A DNA stretch of 64,000 bases from an uncultured Holophagales bacterium (GTDB lineage: Bacteria > Acidobacteriota > Thermoanaerobaculia > Multivoradales > UBA5704). Positions 26,361-35,276 of the stretch are shown here, in pieces (position 1 is the first letter of the stretch; every line of letters begins with the position of its first letter). Both the position numbers and the translations under genes were made by a program. The stretch spans positions 128,001-192,000 of the forward strand of contig CAWJGT010000023.1 in NCBI GenBank assembly GCA_963842525.1, read 5' to 3'. Below the pieces are notes generated by a model that did no database searches, had not been told where the DNA came from, and worked only from the letters and a program-made list of their open reading frames with translations.

Positions 26361-27665
26361 ATGAGCTACAACATCAAATTTGAGGATCGCACCCTGCGCG
26401 GTCTCCGCGTTCCCGATGGCAAGGACAGGCAGGAATGGAGTGACACGGTGGTCCCGGGGCTTCGCTTCCGCAAGAGCGATAGGGGGCATGGCTCCTTCTC
26501 CGTCGTCTACAGGGTCAAGGGTCAGGACAAGCAGGACCGCAGGACCATCGGACCCTTTCCCAGGCTCTCGATCGCTCAGGCCCGGGAGGAGGCTCGACAG
26601 GATCTTAACGCCGCCAGCTCGGGACGGGACCCGAAGAAGCTCCGGATGGCTCCTCCCGAGGCTCCCGAGGAGCGCCCCATTACCTTCGCGGAGCTCTTCG
26701 AGCTCTACATGGAGCGCCACGCTCGCGACCATCTCGCGACTTGGTACGACGTCCAGCGGCGGGTCCGCAAGGATGTGATTCCCGTCATCGGCCAGATGCC
26801 CGCTGGCGAGGTGCGCAAGCGCCATCTCCATCTGGTCATCGACCGGCTCGTCACCGGGGGGCACGCCGTCAGCGCTCGCGGCCTGCTGTTTGTGATCTCG
26901 GCTGTCTTCACCTGGGCCGAGGGGCGCGAGCTCGTCGAGTACAACCCGGTCCGGCGCTTCCCCTACCCCAAGCCGGCCGTGCCTCCGGAACGCAGGAGTC
27001 TTTCCGACGACCAGCTCCGGGCGCTGTGGTTTGCCCTCCTGGAGATCGCCGACCAGCCGGTGCCCGAAAAACAGGAGGAGCTGCACAACGGCCAGTTCAC
27101 TACGACCCGGGATCTGTTCGCTTTGGTGGTGCTGACGCGGCTCCTGCTGGGCCAGCGCACCACCGAAACCGTCGGCATGCGCCGCCAGGATCTGGAGGCT
27201 CAGTGGTGGAACCTGCCTGGCTACATCGGGCGGCGGCGGTACACGAAGACGGGACGGGATCACCGGGTGCCGCTGCTGCCGCTGTGGAGCGAGTATGTGC
27301 TGCCGCGCGTCGAGAGGTTGAGTGCCGGGCGGCCGTATGTCTTCCCCAGCGATCGGCTGCAGGACCAGCACCTCCACGCCGAGAGCATTACGTCGTTCTG
27401 TTCCCGAGTGTCGGCCAAGGTGGGCTTCCCCTTCGTGGCTCGCAACCTGCGGACGACGTTCCTGACTTCCATGGCTCGGCTTGGTGTGCCGCAGGAGGTC
27501 CGGCGGCGTCTGGTCAACCACACTGATGGGACCATCGAAACGATTCACTACAACCTTTATGACTACGACGCCGAAAAGTGGGCGGCCGGGCTGCGTTGGG
27601 ATGCCCATCTTCGGGGCATCTTTTTCGGCGAGACGGCTCAGGTAGCGCCCTCTCAGGCCGCCTAG
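26361..27665 (+). CDS. int: Tyrosine integrase with N-terminal arm-binding domain (P4-like)
   Basis: DTVVPGLRFR..TIGPFPRLSIAQAREEA arm domain; GQRTTE, KTGRDHRVPL, RNLRTT, LVNH, HYN catalytic residues; TGcTATACT just upstream of ATG. Confidence 0.9.
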   Translation: MSYNIKFEDRTLRGLRVPDGKDRQEWSDTVVPGLRFRKSDRGHGSFSVVYRVKGQDKQDRRTIGPFPRLSIAQAREEARQDLNAASSGRDPKKLRMAPPEAPEERPITFAELFELYMERHARDHLATWYDVQRRVRKDVIPVIGQMPAGEVRKRHLHLVIDRLVTGGHAVSARGLLFVISAVFTWAEGRELVEYNPVRRFPYPKPAVPPERRSLSDDQLRALWFALLEIADQPVPEKQEELHNGQFTTTRDLFALVVLTRLLLGQRTTETVGMRRQDLEAQWWNLPGYIGRRRYTKTGRDHRVPLLPLWSEYVLPRVERLSAGRPYVFPSDRLQDQHLHAESITSFCSRVSAKVGFPFVARNLRTTFLTSMARLGVPQEVRRRLVNHTDGTIETIHYNLYDYDAEKWAAGLRWDAHLRGIFFGETAQVAPSQAA

Positions 27666-27704
27666 GTGGCTAAAACCGGCTGCCTGCTTCCGGTTTTTCA
27701 GCGG

Positions 27705-27732
27705 AAAACCGGCTGCGGGCAGCCGGTTTTTT
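27705..27732. terminator. Probable bidirectional intrinsic terminator between int and alpA
   Basis: AAAACCGGCTGC-GG-GCAGCCGGTTTTTT perfect inverted repeat between convergent genes. Confidence 0.7.
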
Positions 27733-27984
27733 CTAGGCGGCCCAGTCGCGCCGGCCTTCTTGCCATTCGCGGAGCTTGTCCACGCGAAAGGCTTCCCTGC
27801 CTGGGCTTAGCGTCTCCGGAGCGGGGAATCGGCCGACCGCGATTTCCCGCCGCAATGTGGACCGGGACAGGCTTGACCAGTTGATCACCTCGGGCCAGGT
27901 CATGAACCGGGGGAGCACCTCACGGACGTTGGACAATGTGTGGCGGCTCGGCAAGGGCTGATGCGGTCTGCGGTCGTTTTTCAT
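27733..27984 (-). CDS. AlpA-family excisionase/regulator
   Basis: MTWPEVINWSSLSRSTLRREIAVGRFPAPETLSPGREAFRVDKLREW AlpA pattern. Confidence 0.85.
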   Translation of the reverse strand: MKNDRRPHQPLPSRHTLSNVREVLPRFMTWPEVINWSSLSRSTLRREIAVGRFPAPETLSPGREAFRVDKLREWQEGRRDWAA

Positions 27985-28024
27985 TGGTTTTCTCTATTGG
28001 GACCCTGAATGCTACGTTCCGCAC

Positions 28025-28121
28025 AGTGTATGTGTAGAGCGGCATCGATGTCAAGGGAAAGGGCAGGAATTCCGGGTTTTCCGAGAGGGGATTGCTTATG
28101 CGGCTAGCGACACCGTATCAT
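28025..28121. promoter_or_regulatory. Divergent sigma70-type promoters for alpA (-) and XRE repressor (+)
   Basis: Minus: TTGACA(28054-28049)-18nt-TACACT(28030-28025); plus: TTGCTT(28092-28097)-18nt-TATCAT(28116-28121), ATG 6 nt later. Confidence 0.65.
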
Positions 28122-28127
28122 GTTGGT

Positions 28128-28508
28128 ATGGCTGCTAAAGATCCCTTTGAAGGACTTGGACAAGCGCTCGCCCGACTCCGGGAGTGGCGCGGCTTCGCGA
28201 CGCAGACGGATGCGGCAGAGGCCCTTGGCTTCGACAAGGGTCAGTTGTCGCGCTGGGAGAGTGAGAAACCTCGGCCCACTCTCGAGAACCTCGGCCGCCT
28301 GCTTGCGGCCTACGGAGTCGGCCTGGCGGACCTGGTGGCTCTCTTGGAGGAGGTCCGCCGGCCGAAGCGGAAGACACTGGATCGATTGGCCTATGACGCC
28401 GAGATGGCCCGGTTGAGCGAGTTGCTTCGGCAGATGGAGGAGAACCAGGCCGAAGCAAAGAGCCGATTGAAGACGCTCGAGGGGCTGTTGTATGAGAGCA
28501 AGGGATAG
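28128..28508 (+). CDS. XRE-family HTH repressor with coiled-coil tail
   Basis: LARLREWRGFATQTDAAEALGFDKGQLSRWESEKPRPTLENL. Confidence 0.88.
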   Translation: MAAKDPFEGLGQALARLREWRGFATQTDAAEALGFDKGQLSRWESEKPRPTLENLGRLLAAYGVGLADLVALLEEVRRPKRKTLDRLAYDAEMARLSELLRQMEENQAEAKSRLKTLEGLLYESKG

Positions 28509-28519
28509 CCTGCCGGGCC

Positions 28520-28751
28520 GAAAGGGTGCACTCCGCTGCACCCTTTTCCGAGAAAGGGTGCAATGGGCTGCGCCCTTTTCTGCCGAAAGGGCGCAATGGG
28601 CTGCGCCCTTTTCCCGAGAAAACGCGCGCTTGGCCGCACCTTTTCCGCGAGAAACGCGCGGCGGGCCGCGCTTTTTTCCGCGAGAAAACGCGCAGTGGGC
28701 CGCGCCTTTTTCCACGAGAAACGCGCGGCTTATAGGTTGAATGTCGGACAG
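28520..28751. repeat. Tandem array of ~7 imperfect palindromes (~32-bp period) ending in a 22-bp conserved box
   Basis: Units such as GAAAGGGTGCA-N6-TGCACCCTTTTC; TTATAGGTTGAATGTCGGACAG at 28730-28751. Confidence 0.8.
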
Positions 28752-28969
28752 GGCCAGGCCCTATCTCTACCTGGAAAAGAGCTGGGCGGCTGGGACGGAC
28801 ATGGAGGGTCTTCGGGCGGAGCTTCTATGTGGACCACCGGTGTCAAGCGTCTCAGGGTTGTTCGTCCTCCCCTCCTTTTTGGGTGGTTTCGCCGAGGGCT
28901 TCTGCATCGCGTTGGGGCGTTTGGTCTCCCTTTCAGTTTCTGGCGCTTGCCGGTGTGCCAGGACCTGGT

Positions 28970-29130
28970 CGTCCTTTCCAGCTTCTATCCGTGCTGACCT
29001 CACCTTTGGGTCAGGCACCAAATGCAGCATGCGCTGCGAGCGACTCAGGCAAGCTTTAGGAGCGGCCCCATCTGAGGAAAACGGTTCGGAAGCCCGAACC
29101 AAGCTCCGCCCCGGGCACGCTCCACCAGTC
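28970..29130 (-). ncRNA. Putative bridge RNA/seekRNA (target- and donor-binding loops); ends approximate
   Basis: Minus strand has GGGCGGAGCT (29111-29102) and CTCAG (29076-29072) around hairpin GGTTCGG/CCGAACC, matching the insertion site; ATAGAAG (28988-28982) is complementary to donor junction CTTCTAT. Confidence 0.75.
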
Positions 29131-29182
29131 TTTCTCGGAGACCTCCCCTCTTGTCCCTCCTTACCTGGAATTCTGTTCCAGA

Positions 29183-30310
29183 CTACTTGGTCTTCAGCTC
29201 AGCACCATCAGGAATCACTCCGTAGTCCAGATAGCGCCACAGCGCGATCAGCAGCTTGCGGGCCAGGGCCACGATCCCCACCCGCCGAGAACGGCGACTC
29301 CCAGGGCCATAGCGCTCCCGAAACCACAAGCTCAGGCGGCTCTGCGGTTGGAAGCGCAACCATCCCCAAGCGATCTCGATCGCCATCACCCGGATCCGGC
29401 GATTCCCCGCCTTGCTGATCCCCTGTTCGATGTTGACCGTGTCACCACTCTGATAAGGCATCGGCGCCAGACCCGCCAAACCGGCCACCTCTCGACGGTT
29501 GCGGAACTGCCGCCAACCGAAGAATTCCACCACGAACAGCCAACCACTGCTGTCCCCAATCCCCTTGAGCTTTTGCAGCCGCTGCACCTTTTCCGTCGCT
29601 TCCACTGTGGCCTTCTGGCGAAATCGTTCGACCGCTGCAATCTGACTCTCCAGAAGAGCCAGCCGCTCGCCCTCTCGCCTCAGACGCTCCCGCAAGCTCG
29701 AAAGCAGCCTCTCGCCGTTCCACTGCGTCGCCTGATCCAACTGCTGCAGGAAGCCCTTGCCGACCTTCACTCCCCGAGCCCCCACGCTGGCCAGCAGGCC
29801 CTTGATCCGATTCGTGTGGGCCGTCCGCTCCTGCTTCAGCGACTCAAGCTCCCGGGCCAGGTGACGCTCATCCTCCTGCTCGGGCGTCGGCGCGTGCGCC
29901 ACCCCGAACACCTTCTTCTCCCCGCGCTCGTAACGGATCAACAATGACAGCAACTTCTCCACGTCCACCCCATCCGTCTTGGCCCGCCGATGCCGCCGAT
30001 TCACCTCGATGCTCGAGGAGTCCATGACGACGTTTTCCACTCCTTCCGACAGCAGGAACCGATGCAACCAGAACCCATCCCGCCCGGCCTCGTAGCAACT
30101 CACCACCCGAGCCGACTCCGGCACGCCGAGGCGATGCTTGGCCCGAGCGATCTCCAGCATCAGCCCGTTCAGATCGCCGGCCGCAACCGTCCGCTGACTC
30201 GCCTTGCGTCCAGCCTCCACACCAAACCCCAGCCTCCACTCGCTGGCGCCGAGCTCCAGGGCCATGTGCAACACCGCCTCCGTTCGCGTAGACTCGGTCG
30301 TCTGGTTCAT
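29183..30310 (-). CDS. IS110-family DEDD recombinase/transposase
   Basis: ALELG, CYEAG, KTDGVD, GLAPMPYQSG, ISKAGNRRIR, VALARKL; AAAGGAG RBS. Confidence 0.95.
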   Translation of the reverse strand: MNQTTESTRTEAVLHMALELGASEWRLGFGVEAGRKASQRTVAAGDLNGLMLEIARAKHRLGVPESARVVSCYEAGRDGFWLHRFLLSEGVENVVMDSSSIEVNRRHRRAKTDGVDVEKLLSLLIRYERGEKKVFGVAHAPTPEQEDERHLARELESLKQERTAHTNRIKGLLASVGARGVKVGKGFLQQLDQATQWNGERLLSSLRERLRREGERLALLESQIAAVERFRQKATVEATEKVQRLQKLKGIGDSSGWLFVVEFFGWRQFRNRREVAGLAGLAPMPYQSGDTVNIEQGISKAGNRRIRVMAIEIAWGWLRFQPQSRLSLWFRERYGPGSRRSRRVGIVALARKLLIALWRYLDYGVIPDGAELKTK

Positions 30311-30559
30311 CGGGGTTCTCCTTTCTAACCCGTTAAAGTTCCCCGAAACATACAACCGGCGACCCGCTTTTGCATCCCCCCTCGCCCTGCATAGCATCTG
30401 AGATGGACCGGCGTAGCGGTAGGGCCTCAACTGCCCGCCTGGATACTCCCAAAAAACGTGCACTCGGCTTCCCCTTTTCTTGAAAAGGTGCAATGGGCTT
30501 CACCTTTTCCTGGGGTGCTTGCAAGAGAGCGCCGGCCTCTCTAGGCTGAGCGGCTCAGA

Positions 30560-31993
30560 ATGAACGTTGATCTCTGGCCGCATCGGCTCTTCTGGATGGG
30601 GGATCCTCGGGCGGTGGCGTTTTTCAGTGTGAAAGTCCCGGTTGACGAGCTGGGACCCTGGCCCTGGGAGGAGTGGCGCCCCTGGCAGCAACGCTCGACA
30701 TCCACGAAGCTGCTCGATGGATGGTTCGGGAACAACAAGCAGCACCTCCGCCGCGACTCCTTCGCCGCTAGCAACCGCTTCTATGGCTGGCACCGCGCCC
30801 AGGAGTATGTCGTCCGCCTGGGTGCGACTTTTGTGGACATCGATTGTGGCCGCAGCGCCTTCGACCTTTCGGCCCTGGAGGCCGCGGACATTCTGGTCGG
30901 GCTCGTGGATCTCGGCTTGCTGGTGCAGCCTTCGATGTTCCAGTTCTCTGGCCGGGGCTTGTGGGCCTTCTGGCTCCTCCGCGACGAGGAAGACTCGAGC
31001 ACGACTCCTTTCGCGAACGCCCACAACCGGGAGCTGTGGACGTCGCTCCAGCAGCACACGGCCGACACGATCGCGGAGGCTTTCCCGAGCCTGAAGCTGG
31101 ACCGGCCGGCGGGCGAGCTCACCCGCGTGACTCGGCTGCATGGAAGTGTGAATCCCGCGGCTGGCCGGCGAGTGCGTTACGAGCTGCTCCCGAATGCGGC
31201 CGGCGAGCCGGTCCGCTACAGCCTGGAGGAGCTGGCCGATTTCTACGGCCTGTGGCGGCCTGGCCGTCTCCGGCCTCTCGACGAAGCCGAGGAGGACCGG
31301 CGAGATCTGGCGCTCGAAGCCCACCGCAGGCGAGAGGACGCGCGGGAGGAGGAACGCCAGCGGAAGGAGGCCGTCCAAGCAGGGGGCGGTCCGAGCCACT
31401 CGGAGCGGGGACGGCAGGGACACGTGAAGCTCTGGCGAAATCGGTTGCGCTTCCTCGATCGGGTGCGGGACGAAATCTATGGCGGTGTGATCCCCTGCGG
31501 CCACCGGTACCACATGCTCTCCGCCTATGCCTACTGCTACGCGAAGCTGATGCAGGATTTTTCGGAGCTGGCGGGCAAGGTGGCGACGATCGGCCGCAAG
31601 TACTGCGCGCAGCCGGCGGGAGACTTGATCACGGACGCCGAGCTGCGGCGGATCACGGCGCACGCCCTGGGATGGGCTCGGAGCGGGCACCAGATCACGA
31701 ATCGGAAGCTCGCGGCCTTTGCGGGCCTCGATCCGGTGGCGGACCGGGAACGGATTGAGCGGCTCGGCTTGAACCTCTCGACCGGCCCCAAAGGTCGGAA
31801 CGAGCGAACGCAGGCGCGGCGCGAGTTGGCGCGGGAGATTCTTCGGGCGGCGCTCGATCGCGGCGAAGATCCGCCAAGCGCGCGGAAGCTCGCGCAGGTT
31901 CTCACGGATCAGGGGTGCGCCACCGGGCGATCGACTGCGCATGCGCTCCTGGTGGAGCTTTCGGCGGAGCTCGGGCGCGGAGATGGCCCGTAG
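30560..31993 (+). CDS. AEP-superfamily primase-like replication protein with C-terminal HTH
   Basis: FVDID (motif I), FSGRGLWAFW (motif II, His replaced), RVTRLHGSVN (motif III), helical PriCT-like segment, PSARKLAQVL HTH. Confidence 0.7.
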   Translation: MNVDLWPHRLFWMGDPRAVAFFSVKVPVDELGPWPWEEWRPWQQRSTSTKLLDGWFGNNKQHLRRDSFAASNRFYGWHRAQEYVVRLGATFVDIDCGRSAFDLSALEAADILVGLVDLGLLVQPSMFQFSGRGLWAFWLLRDEEDSSTTPFANAHNRELWTSLQQHTADTIAEAFPSLKLDRPAGELTRVTRLHGSVNPAAGRRVRYELLPNAAGEPVRYSLEELADFYGLWRPGRLRPLDEAEEDRRDLALEAHRRREDAREEERQRKEAVQAGGGPSHSERGRQGHVKLWRNRLRFLDRVRDEIYGGVIPCGHRYHMLSAYAYCYAKLMQDFSELAGKVATIGRKYCAQPAGDLITDAELRRITAHALGWARSGHQITNRKLAAFAGLDPVADRERIERLGLNLSTGPKGRNERTQARRELAREILRAALDRGEDPPSARKLAQVLTDQGCATGRSTAHALLVELSAELGRGDGP

Positions 31994-32094
31994 ACGCGGC
32001 GTTTTTCAGTGTACGCGCTTGCGCCGAAGGGCGCGGACGGCCATATAGGGCATGATTTGGGTTCCAGGTTCGCTACCGCGACACCCTGCCCCCT

Positions 32095-32355
32095 TTATAG
32101 GTTAAATGTCGGACAGCCAGCCGGGCGCGAACCGGCACGCGACTCGGCCGGGGAAACGACTTCAGGGGAAAAAGGTGGCGCTCGGCCGCCCCCTTTTGCG
32201 CAGAAAGGTGGTGGCCGGCCGCCACCTTTTCGACCCCACGCACGTGCTCGGGCGAGCACGCGACTCGGCCGGGGGAAACGACTTCAGGGGAAAAAGGGTG
32301 CGCTCAGCCGCGCCCTTTCGGGCTGAAAGGGTGCGCTCTACCGCGCCCTTTTCGA
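32095..32355. repeat. 22-bp box plus palindrome array with duplicated ~40-bp unit
   Basis: TTATAGGTTAAATGTCGGACAG at 32095-32116; CACGCGACTCGGCCGGGGAAACGACTTCAGGGGAAAAAGG twice; AAAGGGTGCG-N-CGCGCCCTTT hairpins. Confidence 0.8.
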
Positions 32356-32357
32356 CC

Positions 32358-33653
32358 TCACGCACGCGCCCGGGCGAGGGTGGCAGCGACTTCGCGGGCC
32401 AGATCGGCGGTGGCGGTTTCGCGGCGGGCGGCTTCCTGGAAAACGAGGAGGGCGGCCAGGGCTTCGCGGGAGATGTCCAGGTCTCGGAAGACGGTCACTG
32501 TCTCGTCGGCCAGGTGGCGGACTTCGGTGGCCTCCCCCTCTTCCATGTAGGAGATCGCCAGATCCAGGGCGGCGAGGGCGGCGTCGAAGGCGTTGCCGTC
32601 GTCGAGGAACTTCTGGCGGACCTCGGCCAGGAGATCGCGGGCCCGGACTTGGTCTCCCAGGCCGGCGACGATGCGGCCCTCCACCCAATCCAGACGGACT
32701 CGGTCGAGAGCGCTTCCGTGGGCTGCGGCTACCGCCTTCAGTTCTGGCAGAAGGTCGGCCGCCTCTTGATGTCGGCCGGCCTTCGACAGGCTGTCCACCA
32801 GGTTGTGGCGAACACAGAGGACGAGACGCGGCTCCCGGGCCGGGTCTATGAGTCCGTTTGCCTTCCTCAAGGCCTCGATGGCGGCCTCAGGTTCGCCCAA
32901 CTCGATGAGCGCTCCGGCTTTCAAGATGAGACTTCGGCCGGCGAGGTGCGGATCCCGGTGCTCGGGTTGGCCCTCCAGGAAGAGGGCCACGGCCTGGTCG
33001 AGCAGCTCGAAGGCTTCGGGAAAGCGGCGCTGCGCCACGCGAAGGGAGGCCTTCAGGTCCAGGAGGACAGGCTCGTAGCCGAGGGCGTCTTCGGAATCCT
33101 CGGTTCCCGCCTCCCACCAGGAGTCCGACATCTCGAAGCACCGCTCGCCTGCGGGCAGATCGCCCTGCACTCGGCGGGCGTTGCCGAGCCCGGCCCAGGC
33201 AAGGCTTCGGAGCTGGTAGACCCAGCGCTCCTCGAATAGCTCGCTGTCCGAGATCCTGTCCGCCACGTGGACGGCGAGGTCAGCGAGGTGGAGGGCCTCC
33301 GCCGGCTGCTCCGGCGCGGTCTGGCAGCTCCTGCGGACCAGCAGCTCGCAGAGACCCCAGCTCACGAAGCGCGGGTCGGCGTGGAGGCGGGCCAGGCGGT
33401 CCTCCGGATCGAGCGGCGCGAGCTCCTGCAGGAGCCGGGGGGCCTCGGCCTTGGACCGGGCGAGGGCCGCGTCGATTGGACCAAAAACAGGAGGGAGGGC
33501 GTTGGCCTGGTGAAGCTCGAGGAGCCAGCCGCCGACCTCTCTACAGCGGGGACAGAGGTCCAGCAGGTGGAAGAGTTGCTCATTCTGCTCCGCCGTCCGA
33601 TCCGTGGCGAGCAGACGCTCCAAAGCGGCGGCGTCGAGGTGCTTGTGCTCCAT
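32358..33653 (-). CDS. TPR-like helical-repeat protein with N-terminal HxxxxCxxC motif
   Basis: MEHKHLD..HLLDLCPRC; AWAGLGNARRVQGD and further TPR-like helices; GAGGGG RBS. Confidence 0.8.
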   Translation of the reverse strand: MEHKHLDAAALERLLATDRTAEQNEQLFHLLDLCPRCREVGGWLLELHQANALPPVFGPIDAALARSKAEAPRLLQELAPLDPEDRLARLHADPRFVSWGLCELLVRRSCQTAPEQPAEALHLADLAVHVADRISDSELFEERWVYQLRSLAWAGLGNARRVQGDLPAGERCFEMSDSWWEAGTEDSEDALGYEPVLLDLKASLRVAQRRFPEAFELLDQAVALFLEGQPEHRDPHLAGRSLILKAGALIELGEPEAAIEALRKANGLIDPAREPRLVLCVRHNLVDSLSKAGRHQEAADLLPELKAVAAAHGSALDRVRLDWVEGRIVAGLGDQVRARDLLAEVRQKFLDDGNAFDAALAALDLAISYMEEGEATEVRHLADETVTVFRDLDISREALAALLVFQEAARRETATADLAREVAATLARARA

Positions 33654-33726
33654 GCGATCCCCTCCTCGGATTGTTCTCGGCGGAGAATAATAGCGTAGGT
33701 GCGGAACATCGAGAAGGCTGATGGCG

Positions 33727-33760
33727 AAAATGCGGGCCGGAAAACCGCCGCCCGGCCCGC
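33727..33760 (-). terminator. Probable terminator after the peptide gene
   Basis: GCGGGCCGG...CCGGCCCGC stem followed by ATTTT on the minus strand. Confidence 0.55.
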
Positions 33761-33768
33761 AAGCACGC

Positions 33769-34050
33769 TCAAGGACGGCCGTTGGGATCGAGGATGGAGC
33801 CGTTTTCGCTGCCGGGCTCGGAGCTCGTGCTGGCGCCGCTCGACTCAAGGGCGGAGCCGGTCTCGCTCCAGATGGCGGAGAGGAAGCTCCAGAGCTGGGC
33901 GAAGAGGCCCGGGGTTGTCTGGGAGTGCTCGGAGGTTGAGTGGATGGTGTGGCCCAGGGGCAGGGCCTTGGCGTGGGCGGGGGCGAGGAGGATAAGGGCC
34001 AGCAGGGCGAGGGTGAGGATGAACAGGGGACGGGTGGGGTGTCGGGGCAT
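33769..34050 (-). CDS. 93-aa secreted peptide ending in GSILDPNGRP
   Basis: MPRHPTRPLFILTLALLALILLAPAHA signal peptide; tail ETGSALESSG..ENGSILDPNG; GAGG RBS. Confidence 0.75.
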   Translation of the reverse strand: MPRHPTRPLFILTLALLALILLAPAHAKALPLGHTIHSTSEHSQTTPGLFAQLWSFLSAIWSETGSALESSGASTSSEPGSENGSILDPNGRP

Positions 34051-34127
34051 TTGGACCTCGTGAGGGCCGCCACGGCTGCGGCCGCCATGGCCGGAGGGGG
34101 CGAGGCCTTCAGGAGGAAGTGTGCGCT

Positions 34128-34237
34128 GCCCTACCTGGAACAGAGCTGAGATGTGGGGGACGGACACAGAGAGACTTCGGGCGGAGCTGCGAGAGGCCGG
34201 CGTGGCGGTAGGGCCGCAACTGCCCGCCTGGATGCGG
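34128..34237 (+). repeat. Repeat R2 (empty)
   Basis: GCCCTACCTGGAACAGAGCTG..GGGCGGAGCTGCG..CAACTGCCCGCCTGGATGCGG. Confidence 0.85.
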
Positions 34238-34351
34238 GGGAGTGGCCGAGGGGCGAAGGGCACCCTTGGCGGGTGAGGGGCCTCACCCAGGAGCAGATAC
34301 ACTGGGAGCTGTAGATCGACCGGCGCCGTGGCGTCGAAGAGGGTGGCATGA

Positions 34352-34527
34352 TCGGGCGGACCTGAGTGGGGGCCGGCGTGGCGGTAGGGGCCTCAACTGC
34401 CCGCCTAGAACTCCACGGAGGGCCGGAGGACACGGGAGCTTACCCCCGGGCCGGCTGCGATAGCCGCCCTCGGGAGGAAACGGGTGGCACGTATTCCGGG
34501 CGCACCTATCCCGGGCACCTATCCCGG
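34352..34527 (+). repeat. Repeat R2b (3' half plus extension shared with 41295-41440)
   Basis: GGGCGGACCTGAGTGGGGGCCGGCG..AACTCCACGGAGG..ACGGGAGCTTAC..GAGGAAACGGGTGGCAC.. Confidence 0.8.
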
Positions 34528-34775
34528 GGTGAGCGCGTGGAAACATGGAGTCCCGCGCTATCGTTCTTCGCCTCCCCCTGTCCTGCTAAACATCTGGTAT
34601 CATTGCAGTGCAGGGCAGTCTTTAGCAGGCGTTAAATTTGTCGCAGAGCCTGGAAGAAGGGCGCCGCAGAGTGCCCTCGGGTTCTGCGAAGCCTGCTGGA
34701 ATTGGGAGTACAGCATCAAGTGCGAAGAGGCTTAGGGGTAACCGGGTGCCACTCCCAGGGCCTTCGGACTGATCA

Positions 34776-35240
34776 TTGAGGAGACAATGCTTGTGCCCAG
34801 AGGACGCTGAAAAGTCTACCTCTCGAACAACTAGCGCAGGAGGTGTGGTTCTCAACCGCGAGGACCACGTTCTAGTTGTAAAGCAAAGAGATGATACTTG
34901 GTCCCTTCCCAAGGGCCATGTAGAACCAGGCGAAGATGTTCTCACCGCTGCACGCAGGGAGATTCTTGAAGAGACTGGATTACGCGAATTACTCTATATT
35001 GCGCCGTTGGGCTCGTACACTCGGCTGAAGAAATTCTCAAGCAGATACAACGGCCCAGAATTGAAAACCATCCATATGTTTCTATTTCGAACTCAAGAGG
35101 AAGAACGCCTGAGTCCGCACGACAAAGACAATCCTGAAGCGAAATGGGTCTCTAAAGAGCACGGTGGCCAAGCTTCTTTCCTACCAAGAGGACTGCGATT
35201 TCTTTCTTGGCATCGTCAGCGGAATCTAGGTACTTACTAG
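34776..35240 (+). CDS. Nudix hydrolase (Ap4A-hydrolase-like); probable indels near both ends
   Basis: SAGGVV, WSLPKGHVEPGEDVLTAARREILEETGL Nudix box; alternative frame after ~35163 gives VAKLLSYQEDCDFF. Confidence 0.85.
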   Translation: MRRQCLCPEDAEKSTSRTTSAGGVVLNREDHVLVVKQRDDTWSLPKGHVEPGEDVLTAARREILEETGLRELLYIAPLGSYTRLKKFSSRYNGPELKTIHMFLFRTQEEERLSPHDKDNPEAKWVSKEHGGQASFLPRGLRFLSWHRQRNLGTY

Positions 35241-35276
35241 ATACTTTATGCGAGACGCCGCTAGGAGAAACATTGA

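Larger units (their letters stand above)
28824..30399 (-). mobile_element. IS110-family element (IS1111-like layout), 1576 bp, CT core at both junctions
   Basis: Near-identical to 39721-41296; ends defined by comparison with empty repeats; short subterminal CTATG inverted motif; ~360-bp non-coding region 3' of the transposase. Confidence 0.93.
28765..30445 (+). repeat. Repeat R1 (~110 bp), split by IS copy 1
   Basis: CTACCTGGAAAAGAGCTG..GGGCGGAGCT | CTGAGATGGACCGGCGTAGCGGTAGGGCCTCAACTGCCCGCCTGGA. Confidence 0.85.

Noticed and set aside
28520-28730. Possible CRISPR array
   Set aside because: Units are adjacent degenerate palindromes without unique spacers, and no cas genes are in the window
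28741-29418. Plus-strand ORFs across the IS ends (also 39266-40315)
   Set aside because: They read through the repeat into the IS non-coding region and antisense transposase; not credible proteins
34128-34237. Repeats as classical integron attC sites
   Set aside because: No RYYYAAC/GTTRRRY ends or long internal palindrome recognised, and no IntI-type integrase
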